52,911 nt of DNA, taken from a bacterium (GTDB lineage Bacteria; Sysuimicrobiota; Sysuimicrobiia; Sysuimicrobiales; Humicultoraceae). The position numbers were made by a program, and so were the translations under genes. The notes under the pieces were generated by a model. It saw only the letters and a program-made list of their open reading frames with translations. It did not search any database and was not told where the DNA came from. The stretch covers positions 1 to 52,911 of the forward strand of contig JBGPLF010000001.1 of NCBI GenBank assembly GCA_041486265.1, given 5' to 3'. Below are positions 24,406-32,112 of this stretch, piece by piece (positions within the stretch are counted from its first letter, which is position 1; each line of letters starts with the position of its first letter).

Positions 24406-25653
24406 TTGGTGAGGAAGCGCCCGAAAGCCTCTCCGGGTTCGACTTTGGTGACCCTCGCAGAGACTGCCCGGGTGGATCAGGGCGTGCGTATCACAGACAT
24501 CGAGACGGTGACGGTCAACATCCCATTCAAAGCGACGAACCGGTCCGCGGGCCGCGTGGGACGCGGGGTGACCAGGACCATTGTGCGGGTCCACACCGAC
24601 GAGGGCGTGACCGGTTTGGGCGAGACGCTCCATGCCCAATCGAAGCACGTGATCGACCACGTGCTGGCGCCCGCCGTCGTCGGCGAGGATCCGGTGGACA
24701 TCACCGGGTTGAGGGCGAGGTGCCTGGTCGGCAGGGGGATATACGGCGCCCCGGGCCGCGCCTGGGAGACCGATCCCTGGGCGTACAGTGGCGTTGAGAT
24801 GGCCCTCTACGACATCGCGGGCAAAGTGCGCGGCATGCCCGTGTCCGGTCTCCTCGGTGGGACCCACCGCCAGCGGGTTCCGTTCGTCGCCTACTTTTAC
24901 CCCCAGTCAAGCCGCATGATGCCAGCGGAGATCGCTCAGGATTGCGCGGCGCTGATGGCCTCCACCCGCGCGCACACACTGGAGCTCAAGGTGGGCGTGC
25001 TGGACCCCCTCCAGGATGCGGACACTATCCGGAGGATCAGAGACGCGGTCGGCCCTGACCTCGCCATCAGGATTGATGCGAACAACGCGTGGTCTGTCGA
25101 GTCGGCCGTCCGGACGTTGAACATCATGCAGGAGTCAGATCTTGCCAACGCGGAGGAACCTTGCCGCGGTCTGACCGCCCTCGCCCGCGTCCGGAGCCGC
25201 GTTTCGACGCCTGTATCGACGCACTGCGCCGATGTCGCCGTGGTCGCAGGCCTCGGGGCCGCCGACAACATCGTGTTCGACCTCCCCTCTGAAGGAGGGA
25301 TCGACTCGGTTCGAGAGGCCGCCGCCGAAGCGGAGGCCGCCGGGCTTGGGGTCTGGATGCGGAGCACGGGCGAACTCGGGATCGGCACCGCGGCGATCCT
25401 CCACCTGGCGGCGGCGACGCCCGCCATGACCCACGCAAACCAGACCGTGCTGCACATGCTGGCCGACGACGTTGTGACGAAGCCGCTGCGCATCCGCGAA
25501 GGGTATGTCGACGTGCCGGACGGACCGGGGCTCGGGGTCGAGCTCGATGAAGAGAAGGTGAAGACTTATGCCAGGCTGCACGCCGAGGAGGGGACGTACT
25601 GGTTCTGGGGACCGCGTCACCAACCCGGCTGGACGCCGCCCCGGACCTGGTGA
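24406..25653 (+). CDS. enolase-superfamily enzyme, glucarate-dehydratase-like
   Basis: ...RVHTDEGVTGLGET...LELKVG...IRIDANNAW...ANAEEP..., with a C-terminal ...YWFWGPRHQPGWTPP tail reminiscent of GlucD-type members. The start is TTG/GTG at 24406/24409 after AAGGAAGGA. An alternative GTG is at 24484. Confidence 0.8.
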   Translation: MVRKRPKASPGSTLVTLAETARVDQGVRITDIETVTVNIPFKATNRSAGRVGRGVTRTIVRVHTDEGVTGLGETLHAQSKHVIDHVLAPAVVGEDPVDITGLRARCLVGRGIYGAPGRAWETDPWAYSGVEMALYDIAGKVRGMPVSGLLGGTHRQRVPFVAYFYPQSSRMMPAEIAQDCAALMASTRAHTLELKVGVLDPLQDADTIRRIRDAVGPDLAIRIDANNAWSVESAVRTLNIMQESDLANAEEPCRGLTALARVRSRVSTPVSTHCADVAVVAGLGAADNIVFDLPSEGGIDSVREAAAEAEAAGLGVWMRSTGELGIGTAAILHLAAATPAMTHANQTVLHMLADDVVTKPLRIREGYVDVPDGPGLGVELDEEKVKTYARLHAEEGTYWFWGPRHQPGWTPPRTW

Positions 25654-25665
25654 GCGCGAGACCTT

Positions 25666-27171
25666 CTACGGCCCGACGGACACCTCGTTGAGGTCGAAGA
25701 TCTCGCTCGGTGGCACCGTGAAGCCCTGGACCCGTGTGCGGTACGCGTAGCTCTCCAGCGACTCGAACAGGAAGACGGCGGGGCCTTCCGTCCAGAGGAT
25801 CTCGTTGACCCGGCGGTAGAGCTCGCACCGCTTCTTCGTGTCCACCGAGGCCGCCGCCTGGTCGAGCAGCGAATCCACCTCCGAATTGGTATACCCGGTG
25901 CGCTTCGCGCGGGAGTGGTAGAGGCGACCCAACGTGTAGTCGGCGTCGCCCGTGACCGCGCCGGTGCCGAGCAGGTTCAGGTCCCAGTTCAGCTTGAGCA
26001 GGTCGTCCAACCAGATGGCCCGCGGCTGCAGCGTATTCTTGACGCGGATACCAACGAGGGCCAGCTGGCCGGTGATCGCGTCGGCGACCTCACGCTCGCG
26101 CGGGAGTGCGTCGTTCCATTTGAGTTCGGTGTCGAATCCGCGCGGATACCCCGCCTCGGCGAGCAGCCGGCGCGCGAGCGTCGTGTTGTAACCATAGGGC
26201 TGGAAGTCGGTCGCGCAGAGCACGTTGCTGGCGATCGGCCCCATGGCCGGTTTCGCGATCCCGGCGACGAGCGAGCTGGTGATGGCGGGGATGTTCAGCG
26301 CATGCTGGAGCGCCTGCCGCACCTTCACATCGTCCCACGGCTTGTGCGTGGGGTTGATCCACAGGAATCGCGTGTAGAACGTCGGCCCAATGTCGACCTT
26401 GATCGCCTGGTTCCCTTTGAGCCGCTTGATATCTTCGGGTGTCAACTGCACGGTCATGTCGATCTCGCCGGTCTCCAGCGCGGTCATGCGGCCGGACAGC
26501 TCCGGGATGTCAACCCAGATCAGGCGCTGCAGCTTCGGGATCCCACGGCGCCAGTACGTGGAATTGGCCTCGAGGACCACTCGCGTGTCGCGGACGAACT
26601 CGACAAACTTGAACGGGCCGGTCCCGATGGGACGGTCGCCGAATGCCGCCGTCGCCGGCGTGCCCGCCGGGACGATGTACAGCAGGGTCAGGTTCGAGAG
26701 CAACGTCCCCATGGGTGTCCGGGTCTTGATGACGACCCGGTACGGGTCTGGAGTCTCGACCATGGCCACGGCGGCGAAGAGCGGCGTGATCGGCCCGCGG
26801 ATCGTCTGGGTCCGCTCGATCGATGTCGCTACGGCGGCGGAGGTGAACTCCGATCCGTCATGAAAGCGGACACCGCGCCGCAGCGAGAACTCCCAGGTCG
26901 TGGGGTCGATCGCGCGCCAGCGCTCGGCCAGCGCCGGCTGGAACTTCTTCGCCACGGCGTCCCAGGCGACCAGCGTGTCGAAGAGATGCCGGCCCAGGAT
27001 GATGGTCATGCGCTCGGCTGCCGCGGTCCCCTGTGGGTCGAGGTTAATCACCCTTTGGGGATACGAGATGCGCAGCGTCCCCGGAGAGGTCGCCGGACCG
27101 GCCTGCCCGATGCTCGTAGCGACGAACAGTGCGCTGACAAATGCCGCGACCCTTAGCCATCGCCGAAACAT
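25666..27171 (-). CDS. ABC substrate-binding protein, family 5 (paralog of 21283-22788)
   Basis: 501 aa and colinear with the other binding protein along the whole length (for example ...WEFSLRRGVRFHDGSEFTSAAVATSIER...). Confidence 0.9.
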   Translation of the reverse strand: MFRRWLRVAAFVSALFVATSIGQAGPATSPGTLRISYPQRVINLDPQGTAAAERMTIILGRHLFDTLVAWDAVAKKFQPALAERWRAIDPTTWEFSLRRGVRFHDGSEFTSAAVATSIERTQTIRGPITPLFAAVAMVETPDPYRVVIKTRTPMGTLLSNLTLLYIVPAGTPATAAFGDRPIGTGPFKFVEFVRDTRVVLEANSTYWRRGIPKLQRLIWVDIPELSGRMTALETGEIDMTVQLTPEDIKRLKGNQAIKVDIGPTFYTRFLWINPTHKPWDDVKVRQALQHALNIPAITSSLVAGIAKPAMGPIASNVLCATDFQPYGYNTTLARRLLAEAGYPRGFDTELKWNDALPREREVADAITGQLALVGIRVKNTLQPRAIWLDDLLKLNWDLNLLGTGAVTGDADYTLGRLYHSRAKRTGYTNSEVDSLLDQAAASVDTKKRCELYRRVNEILWTEGPAVFLFESLESYAYRTRVQGFTVPPSEIFDLNEVSVGP

Positions 27172-27323
27172 GCCGGGCTACCTCCCCGATGCGGGTCGAT
27201 GTTGCGCGTTCAGGAGAATCTACGCCGCGTATGTGCCCCGTCCTGCCCGGTGGACGCCCTCGCCATAGGAGAACGCGTCGCAGCGAGAGAAACAGACCTC
27301 CGGATTTGATATGTGGGACACCC

Positions 27324-28001
27324 GTGCTGATTGAGGTCACCCCGGAGTTTCGTGCGGCCTTCCCCGGCGGGATCTTTGGGGCATTACTTGTCCGCGGGTG
27401 CGCCAACCGGCCGCGCCCAGTCTCGTTACAGGCCGAGCAGCGTGCGGTCGAGGAAGTCCTGCGCGCGCGCTTTCCGCGTGACAGCATCGACACCGATCCG
27501 GTCGCCAGGGCCTACGCCGGCTACTTCAAGCGCTTCGGCGCACGCTATCCCGTCGTGCATCAGGCGAAAACGATTCTCTCCGGACGGCCGATCGAGAGTC
27601 CTTCGGCGCTGGTCGAGGTGATGTTCACCGCCGAAGTGGACAGCCTGATGCTGACCTCCGGCCACGACCTGGGTATGATCAGCGGCTCGCTGCGGGTGGA
27701 CGTGGCCCGGGAAGGCGACATCTACACGAAGATCTCCGGCAGAGACCAAGGGCTGAAACCCGGCGACATGGTCGTGCGCGACGCCGAAGGGATCATCGCC
27801 TCCGTGCTGTACGGTCCTGATTTCCGCACCCGGCTGCGAGCTGAGTCGCGTGCCGCCCTGTACGGCACATGGGCTCCGGTCGGGCTGACCGTCGCCACGG
27901 TGGAAGTCCATCTGGAGACGCTGACGCGGCTGCTGCGCCGCGAGTGGCCCGAGGCGGTCATCGAGCCTCCGCGGATTCTCACCGCGGCCGTTGGAGCCTA
28001 G
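27324..28001 (+). CDS. B3/B4 tRNA-binding-domain protein (PheT B3_4-like, stand-alone)
   Basis: VLIEVTPEFRAAFPGGIFGALLVRGC...YKRFGARYPVVHQAKTILSGRPIESPSALVEVMFTAEV... The GTG start at 27324 is preferred, with TTG at 27306 possible. The longer ORF from 27141 overlaps the divergent gene. Confidence 0.65.
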   Translation: MLIEVTPEFRAAFPGGIFGALLVRGCANRPRPVSLQAEQRAVEEVLRARFPRDSIDTDPVARAYAGYFKRFGARYPVVHQAKTILSGRPIESPSALVEVMFTAEVDSLMLTSGHDLGMISGSLRVDVAREGDIYTKISGRDQGLKPGDMVVRDAEGIIASVLYGPDFRTRLRAESRAALYGTWAPVGLTVATVEVHLETLTRLLRREWPEAVIEPPRILTAAVGA

Positions 28002-28021
28002 AGGGGCCGGCCGAACCGATC

Positions 28022-28999
28022 ATGCCTGCGAACCTGACCCCCCAATACATGGCCGCCGACAAGAAGTTCAAGGAGGCGACCACGCCCCAGCACAAGCTCG
28101 AGGCGCTCGAAGAGATGCTGTCGACGATCCCCAAGCACAAGGGGACCGAGAAGATGCAGGCCGACCTGAAGCACCGCATTGCCAAACTCCGGGAGGAGAC
28201 GCAGCGTCGAAAGGGCGCGGCGCGCTCGCGGCCGTTCTACCAGATCGAGCGTGAGGGGGCCGGGCAGATCGTCCTGGTGGGTGCGCCAAACGCCGGTAAG
28301 TCCTCGATCCTGGGGGCACTCAGCCACGCCGAGCCCGAGGTCGCCGACTACCCATTCACGACGCGGGCTCCGCTGGGGGGAATGGCCTCGTTCGAGGATG
28401 TCCAGATCCAGCTCGTGGATCTGCCGCCGATCAGCGAGGAGTCTGCAGAAGGGTGGCTCTACGGCATCATCCGGATCGCGGACGGCGCGCTGTTCGTGGT
28501 CGACCTGGCCGATCTGGACATCCTGGGCTCAACCGAGCACGTGTTCTCGCTGCTGGCGGCGGCCAACCTGACTTTGATCCCGCCCGGGCAGTTGCGAGAG
28601 GCCAACAAGGTGCCGGCTCTCTTCGTTGCGGCCAAGCTGGACGCGCCGGGCGCGCGCGACACCCTCGAGGTCTTCAAGGAGTTCTACGGCAGCCGGCTTC
28701 CGGTGCTGTCCATGTCGGCCGAGCAGGACGTCAACCTGGGCGAGCTGCGCAAGACGATGTTCGACATGCTGAAGATCATCCGTGTCTATAGCAAGAAGCC
28801 CGGCAAGAAGCCCGATCTGACGGTGCCGTACATCGTGAAGCAAGGCACCACAGTGCTGGAGGCCGCGGCGGTTGTCCACAAGGACTTCGCTGAGCGCCTG
28901 CGGTTTGCGCGGCTATGGCGGCGAGACGCGATTGAAGGGCAGATGATCGGGAGGGATGACGCGCTGGAAGACGGAGACATCCTCGAATTGCACGCGTAG
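28022..28999 (+). CDS. DRG/Obg-like GTPase with C-terminal TGS domain
   Basis: ATG at 28022. The P-loop is VLVGAPNAGKSS, followed by YPFTT and LVDLPP. The C-terminal ...VPYIVKQGTTVLEAAAVVHKDFAERLRFARLW...GDILELH is TGS-like. Confidence 0.85.
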   Translation: MPANLTPQYMAADKKFKEATTPQHKLEALEEMLSTIPKHKGTEKMQADLKHRIAKLREETQRRKGAARSRPFYQIEREGAGQIVLVGAPNAGKSSILGALSHAEPEVADYPFTTRAPLGGMASFEDVQIQLVDLPPISEESAEGWLYGIIRIADGALFVVDLADLDILGSTEHVFSLLAAANLTLIPPGQLREANKVPALFVAAKLDAPGARDTLEVFKEFYGSRLPVLSMSAEQDVNLGELRKTMFDMLKIIRVYSKKPGKKPDLTVPYIVKQGTTVLEAAAVVHKDFAERLRFARLWRRDAIEGQMIGRDDALEDGDILELHA

Positions 29000-29018
29000 A
29001 ATGCGAGCCAAACAGAGA

Positions 29019-29044
29019 GAGGGCGGGGCAGGGGCCCCGCCCTC
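29019..29044. terminator. GC-rich hairpin between convergent genes
   Basis: GAGGGCGGGGC - AGGG - GCCCCGCCCTC: an 11-bp perfect stem with a 4-nt loop. It lies 20 nt after the GTPase stop and 23 nt after the VOC gene stop. There is no clear U-tract. Confidence 0.5.
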
Positions 29045-29066
29045 GGCCACACCTGACCCCCACACA

Positions 29067-29447
29067 CTACATCGGCAGTCCGGTCTGCCGCGCCGGCGCC
29101 CCGGGCTGGTAGAGGAAGAGCACTGCGCCCTGATTGTCGGCGAAACTGGCCCACGTGCCCATGCCGCCGCCGATCTCGGTCTTAGGCTTCAGCACTTTGC
29201 CCCGCGCCTTCTTGATCTCCTTGAGTTTCGCGTCAACATCCTCGACCTCGATGTACGCGTTGACCACGGGTTTCGTCGGCACCTTCTTCAACTTCATGAT
29301 GCCGCCGCCGACCCCGCCTCCCGGGATCTGGAACAGCGTGTATGCCTTGCCGTAGTCCTGGAACGTCCAGCCGAAGACTTTGCCGTAGAATACCTTCGCG
29401 CGCTTGAGGTCGCGCGTGGGAACCTCGATATGAACGAACCCGTGCAC
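29067..29447 (-). CDS. VOC/glyoxalase-family protein
   Basis: GTG at 29447 is 8 nt after AAGGAGG. HGFVHIEVPTRDLKRAKVFYGKVFGW...AYIEVEDVDAKLKEIKKARGKVL... is the glyoxalase fold pattern. Confidence 0.8.
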   Translation of the reverse strand: MHGFVHIEVPTRDLKRAKVFYGKVFGWTFQDYGKAYTLFQIPGGGVGGGIMKLKKVPTKPVVNAYIEVEDVDAKLKEIKKARGKVLKPKTEIGGGMGTWASFADNQGAVLFLYQPGAPARQTGLPM

Positions 29448-29572
29448 TATTCCCACCTCCTTTTGTCGCTGCGCGATGAGAGTTCTCTCGGCCCCGCGCG
29501 GGCTCCTCTTCCAGACCACCTCGGGCTTTCCCGCCGCGCTGCCCTCGCTACACCCTCCCGCCAGCCCCCGGC

Positions 29573-30238
29573 CTAGCGCTGCAGCGTGGATCGGATGCGC
29601 TCCAGCAAGACCAGAATCAGCCCGGCGCTCAGCCCCACCAGCCCGACGGAGACCCCGCCGACGACCATCCCGGCCGCCATGAACACCGCGTCCCGGTTGA
29701 GGAGGCCCATCCCGATCAGCATCACCGAGATGGCCGGAAGGGTGTTCAGAAAGGGCAGGGGACTCACCAGAATCACGCCCATCAGGAAGACCATGATCCC
29801 CGCCAGCAGCAAGACCACCCGCTCGTTGAGCCAGATGCCCCTCGGTCGGGAGAACCGCTCGGCAGTCCGGATAATCGGGAGGCCGCGGGTGCGGAGGACG
29901 GCGACCGTGTGAGGTGCGAGCACGTGGTCGCGCAGCCGCGCCGGTACCCAGGGATGCCTGGTCCCTTTCAGCATCTGGACCGCGAAGATCGCGTAGATCG
30001 GCCCAACGATGGTGGAGGATCCCGGCGGCAGGACCGGGATGAGCATGGGCAACCCGAGAATGAGCATGAGCAGGCCGAAACCCCGTTCCGCGGTCCTGTC
30101 GATCAACTCTCCCAGGGTGACGGGTTGCGCGCCCGCTTCCCGGAGGACTGCCTCAATGAGGTCGGACAGGGGAATCTCCAGGTTGTCCGCGCCTGCCGGC
30201 TCCGCCGCCACTGCCGCCCGCGCTCGCCTCTGCCGCAC
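29573..30238 (-). CDS. exoD: ExoD-family membrane protein
   Basis: ...LGELIDRTAERGFGLLMLILGLPMLIPVLPPGSSTIVGPIYAIFAVQMLKGTRHPWVP... is the ExoD (PF06055-like) pattern. The GTG start abuts the stop of the upstream permease. Confidence 0.8.
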   Translation of the reverse strand: MRQRRARAAVAAEPAGADNLEIPLSDLIEAVLREAGAQPVTLGELIDRTAERGFGLLMLILGLPMLIPVLPPGSSTIVGPIYAIFAVQMLKGTRHPWVPARLRDHVLAPHTVAVLRTRGLPIIRTAERFSRPRGIWLNERVVLLLAGIMVFLMGVILVSPLPFLNTLPAISVMLIGMGLLNRDAVFMAAGMVVGGVSVGLVGLSAGLILVLLERIRSTLQR

Positions 30239-31132
30239 CTATCCCAGCTTCATGCGGGGGTCCAGCGCATCCCGGAGCCCGTCGCCGAGCAGGTTGAACG
30301 CCATCACGGCCAGGAAGATCGCGATGCCGGGAAACGTGGCGATGTACCAGGACGAAAAAAGATAGGTCTGGCCTTCGCCGAGCATCGTGCCCCATTCCGG
30401 GGTCGGCGGCCTGATGCCCAAGCCGAGGAAGCCGAGCCCCGCAGCCGTAAGAATCGCGGTCCCCAACTGCAAGGTTGACTGGACAATCACGGGCGCCAGG
30501 CAGTTGGGCAACACGTGGCGCGCGACGATCCGCGCCTCCGGCACGCCGAGGGCCCTCGCCGCCTCGATGTACACCTGCCCTTTGATGGACAGTGCCACCC
30601 CTCGGACCAGGCGCACGTAGACCGGCGCGGTCGCCAGGCCGACCGAGACCACGACGTTGGTGACGCCGACCCCGAGCACGGCGATGAGCGTCAGCGCCAG
30701 CAGGAACCCAGGAAAGGCCAGCATCAGGTCCACCAGCCGCTGCGTGACCAGGTCCACGATACCGCCCCGGTACCCGGAGATCAGGCCCACTGGTACCCCG
30801 AGCAGCGCCGACATCCCCACAGCCAGGATTCCGATGAGGAACGAGACCCGCGCCCCATAGACGATGCGCGTCAGCAGGTCGCGGCCGAGTTGGTCCGTTC
30901 CCAGCGGGTGCCTGGGAGATGGCCGCAAGAGCACGTGATCGAAATCGGCGGCGTTCGGGTCGTAGGGTAGGATCGCCGATGCCAGCGCCGTCGCGGCGAT
31001 AAACGCCGCCAGGACGGCCAGGCCGACAACGGCGGTGCGGTGCCGCCGGAGCCGCAGCAGCACCCCGGGCCGCCGCCGGACCGCGACTTCCGGGACCCAC
31101 CTAACCGTAGTGGATGCGCGGGTCAACATACG
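30239..31132 (-). CDS. ABC transporter permease (DppC/OppC type)
   Basis: ...LGTDQLGRDLLTRIVYGARVSF...VARHVLPNCLAPVIVQSTLQLG... The start is uncertain. The ATG at 31132 gives a 32-nt overlap with the upstream permease, and the ORF-track start is 31180. Confidence 0.85.
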   Translation of the reverse strand, partial: RMLTRASTTVRWVPEVAVRRRPGVLLRLRRHRTAVVGLAVLAAFIAATALASAILPYDPNAADFDHVLLRPSPRHPLGTDQLGRDLLTRIVYGARVSFLIGILAVGMSALLGVPVGLISGYRGGIVDLVTQRLVDLMLAFPGFLLALTLIAVLGVGVTNVVVSVGLATAPVYVRLVRGVALSIKGQVYIEAARALGVPEARIVARHVLPNCLAPVIVQSTLQLGTAILTAAGLGFLGLGIRPPTPEWGTMLGEGQTYLFSSWYIATFPGIAIFLAVMAFNLLGDGLRDALDPRMKLG

Positions 31133-32033
31133 CGTAGAGGACGTCGACCACCAGGTTGACGCCGGCAAACAGCAGCGCAAACATCAGCACGATCCCCTGG
31201 ATGACGGGATAATCGCGGGACGAGATCGCGTTCACCAGCAGGCGTCCCATCCCCGGCCAGGCAAACGTGGTCTCGGTGAGGATCGCGCCGCCCAACAGCG
31301 CCCCGAACTGTAGCCCGATCACCGTAAGAATCGGAATGAGGGCGTTCTTCAGAGCGTGGCGGAGGATGACCGCCGGCTGCCGCACGCCCTTGGCCCGGGC
31401 GGTCCGCACGTAGTCCTGATTGAAGGTCTCCAGCAGGCTGCTGCGCGTCATCCGCGCGATGATGGCGATCGAGAAGGCCGCCAGCGCGATCGTCGGCAGC
31501 ACGAAGTGCGCCGGGCCGCCGAACCCGCCGGCGGGCAGCCAGCGCAGGTACACCGAAAACAGCAGCATGAGCATCAGGCCCAGCCAGAAGACCGGGATCG
31601 ACACGCCGAACAGCGCCACACCCATGACGACGTAGTCTACAGTGGAGTACTGCCGGGTGGCGGAGACGATGCCGGCGGTCAGCCCGATCACGGTGGCCAC
31701 CACGATGCTGGAGATCGCCAGTTCGACCGTCGCCGGCATGCGCAGCCCGATCTCCTCGGCGACCGGCGCGCGTGTCACCGCGGAGATCCCGAGATTCCCG
31801 TGGAAGAGCTGTTTGAGGAAGATGCCGTACTGCACGTGGATCGGCCGCGTCAGCCCCAACTCGACGCGGATGCGCTGGACCTCTTCTTCTGAGGCGGTGA
31901 GGCCTGCGATGACGCGGGCCGGGTCGCCCGGGATCGCGCGGATGAGCAGGAAGATGAGGATGGTGACTCCGAGCAGCGTAGGGATGGCCAGCGCCACGCG
32001 GCGCAGGAGGTAGAGGCCCAGTGAGGAGGGCAT
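31101..32033 (-). CDS. ABC transporter permease (DppB/OppB type)
   Basis: MPSSLGLYLLRRVALAIPTLLGVTILIFLLIRAIPGDP... and ...DYVRTARAKGV... Confidence 0.9.
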   Translation of the reverse strand: MPSSLGLYLLRRVALAIPTLLGVTILIFLLIRAIPGDPARVIAGLTASEEEVQRIRVELGLTRPIHVQYGIFLKQLFHGNLGISAVTRAPVAEEIGLRMPATVELAISSIVVATVIGLTAGIVSATRQYSTVDYVVMGVALFGVSIPVFWLGLMLMLLFSVYLRWLPAGGFGGPAHFVLPTIALAAFSIAIIARMTRSSLLETFNQDYVRTARAKGVRQPAVILRHALKNALIPILTVIGLQFGALLGGAILTETTFAWPGMGRLLVNAISSRDYPVIQGIVLMFALLFAGVNLVVDVLYAYVDPRIHYG

Positions 32034-32112
32034 CAGATCAACACAGGTTGGGAAAACGTGCGTGGGGACCGTCGCCCGTCGGCTACAGCCCCCACGCCTG
32101 CAATTCTATCCT

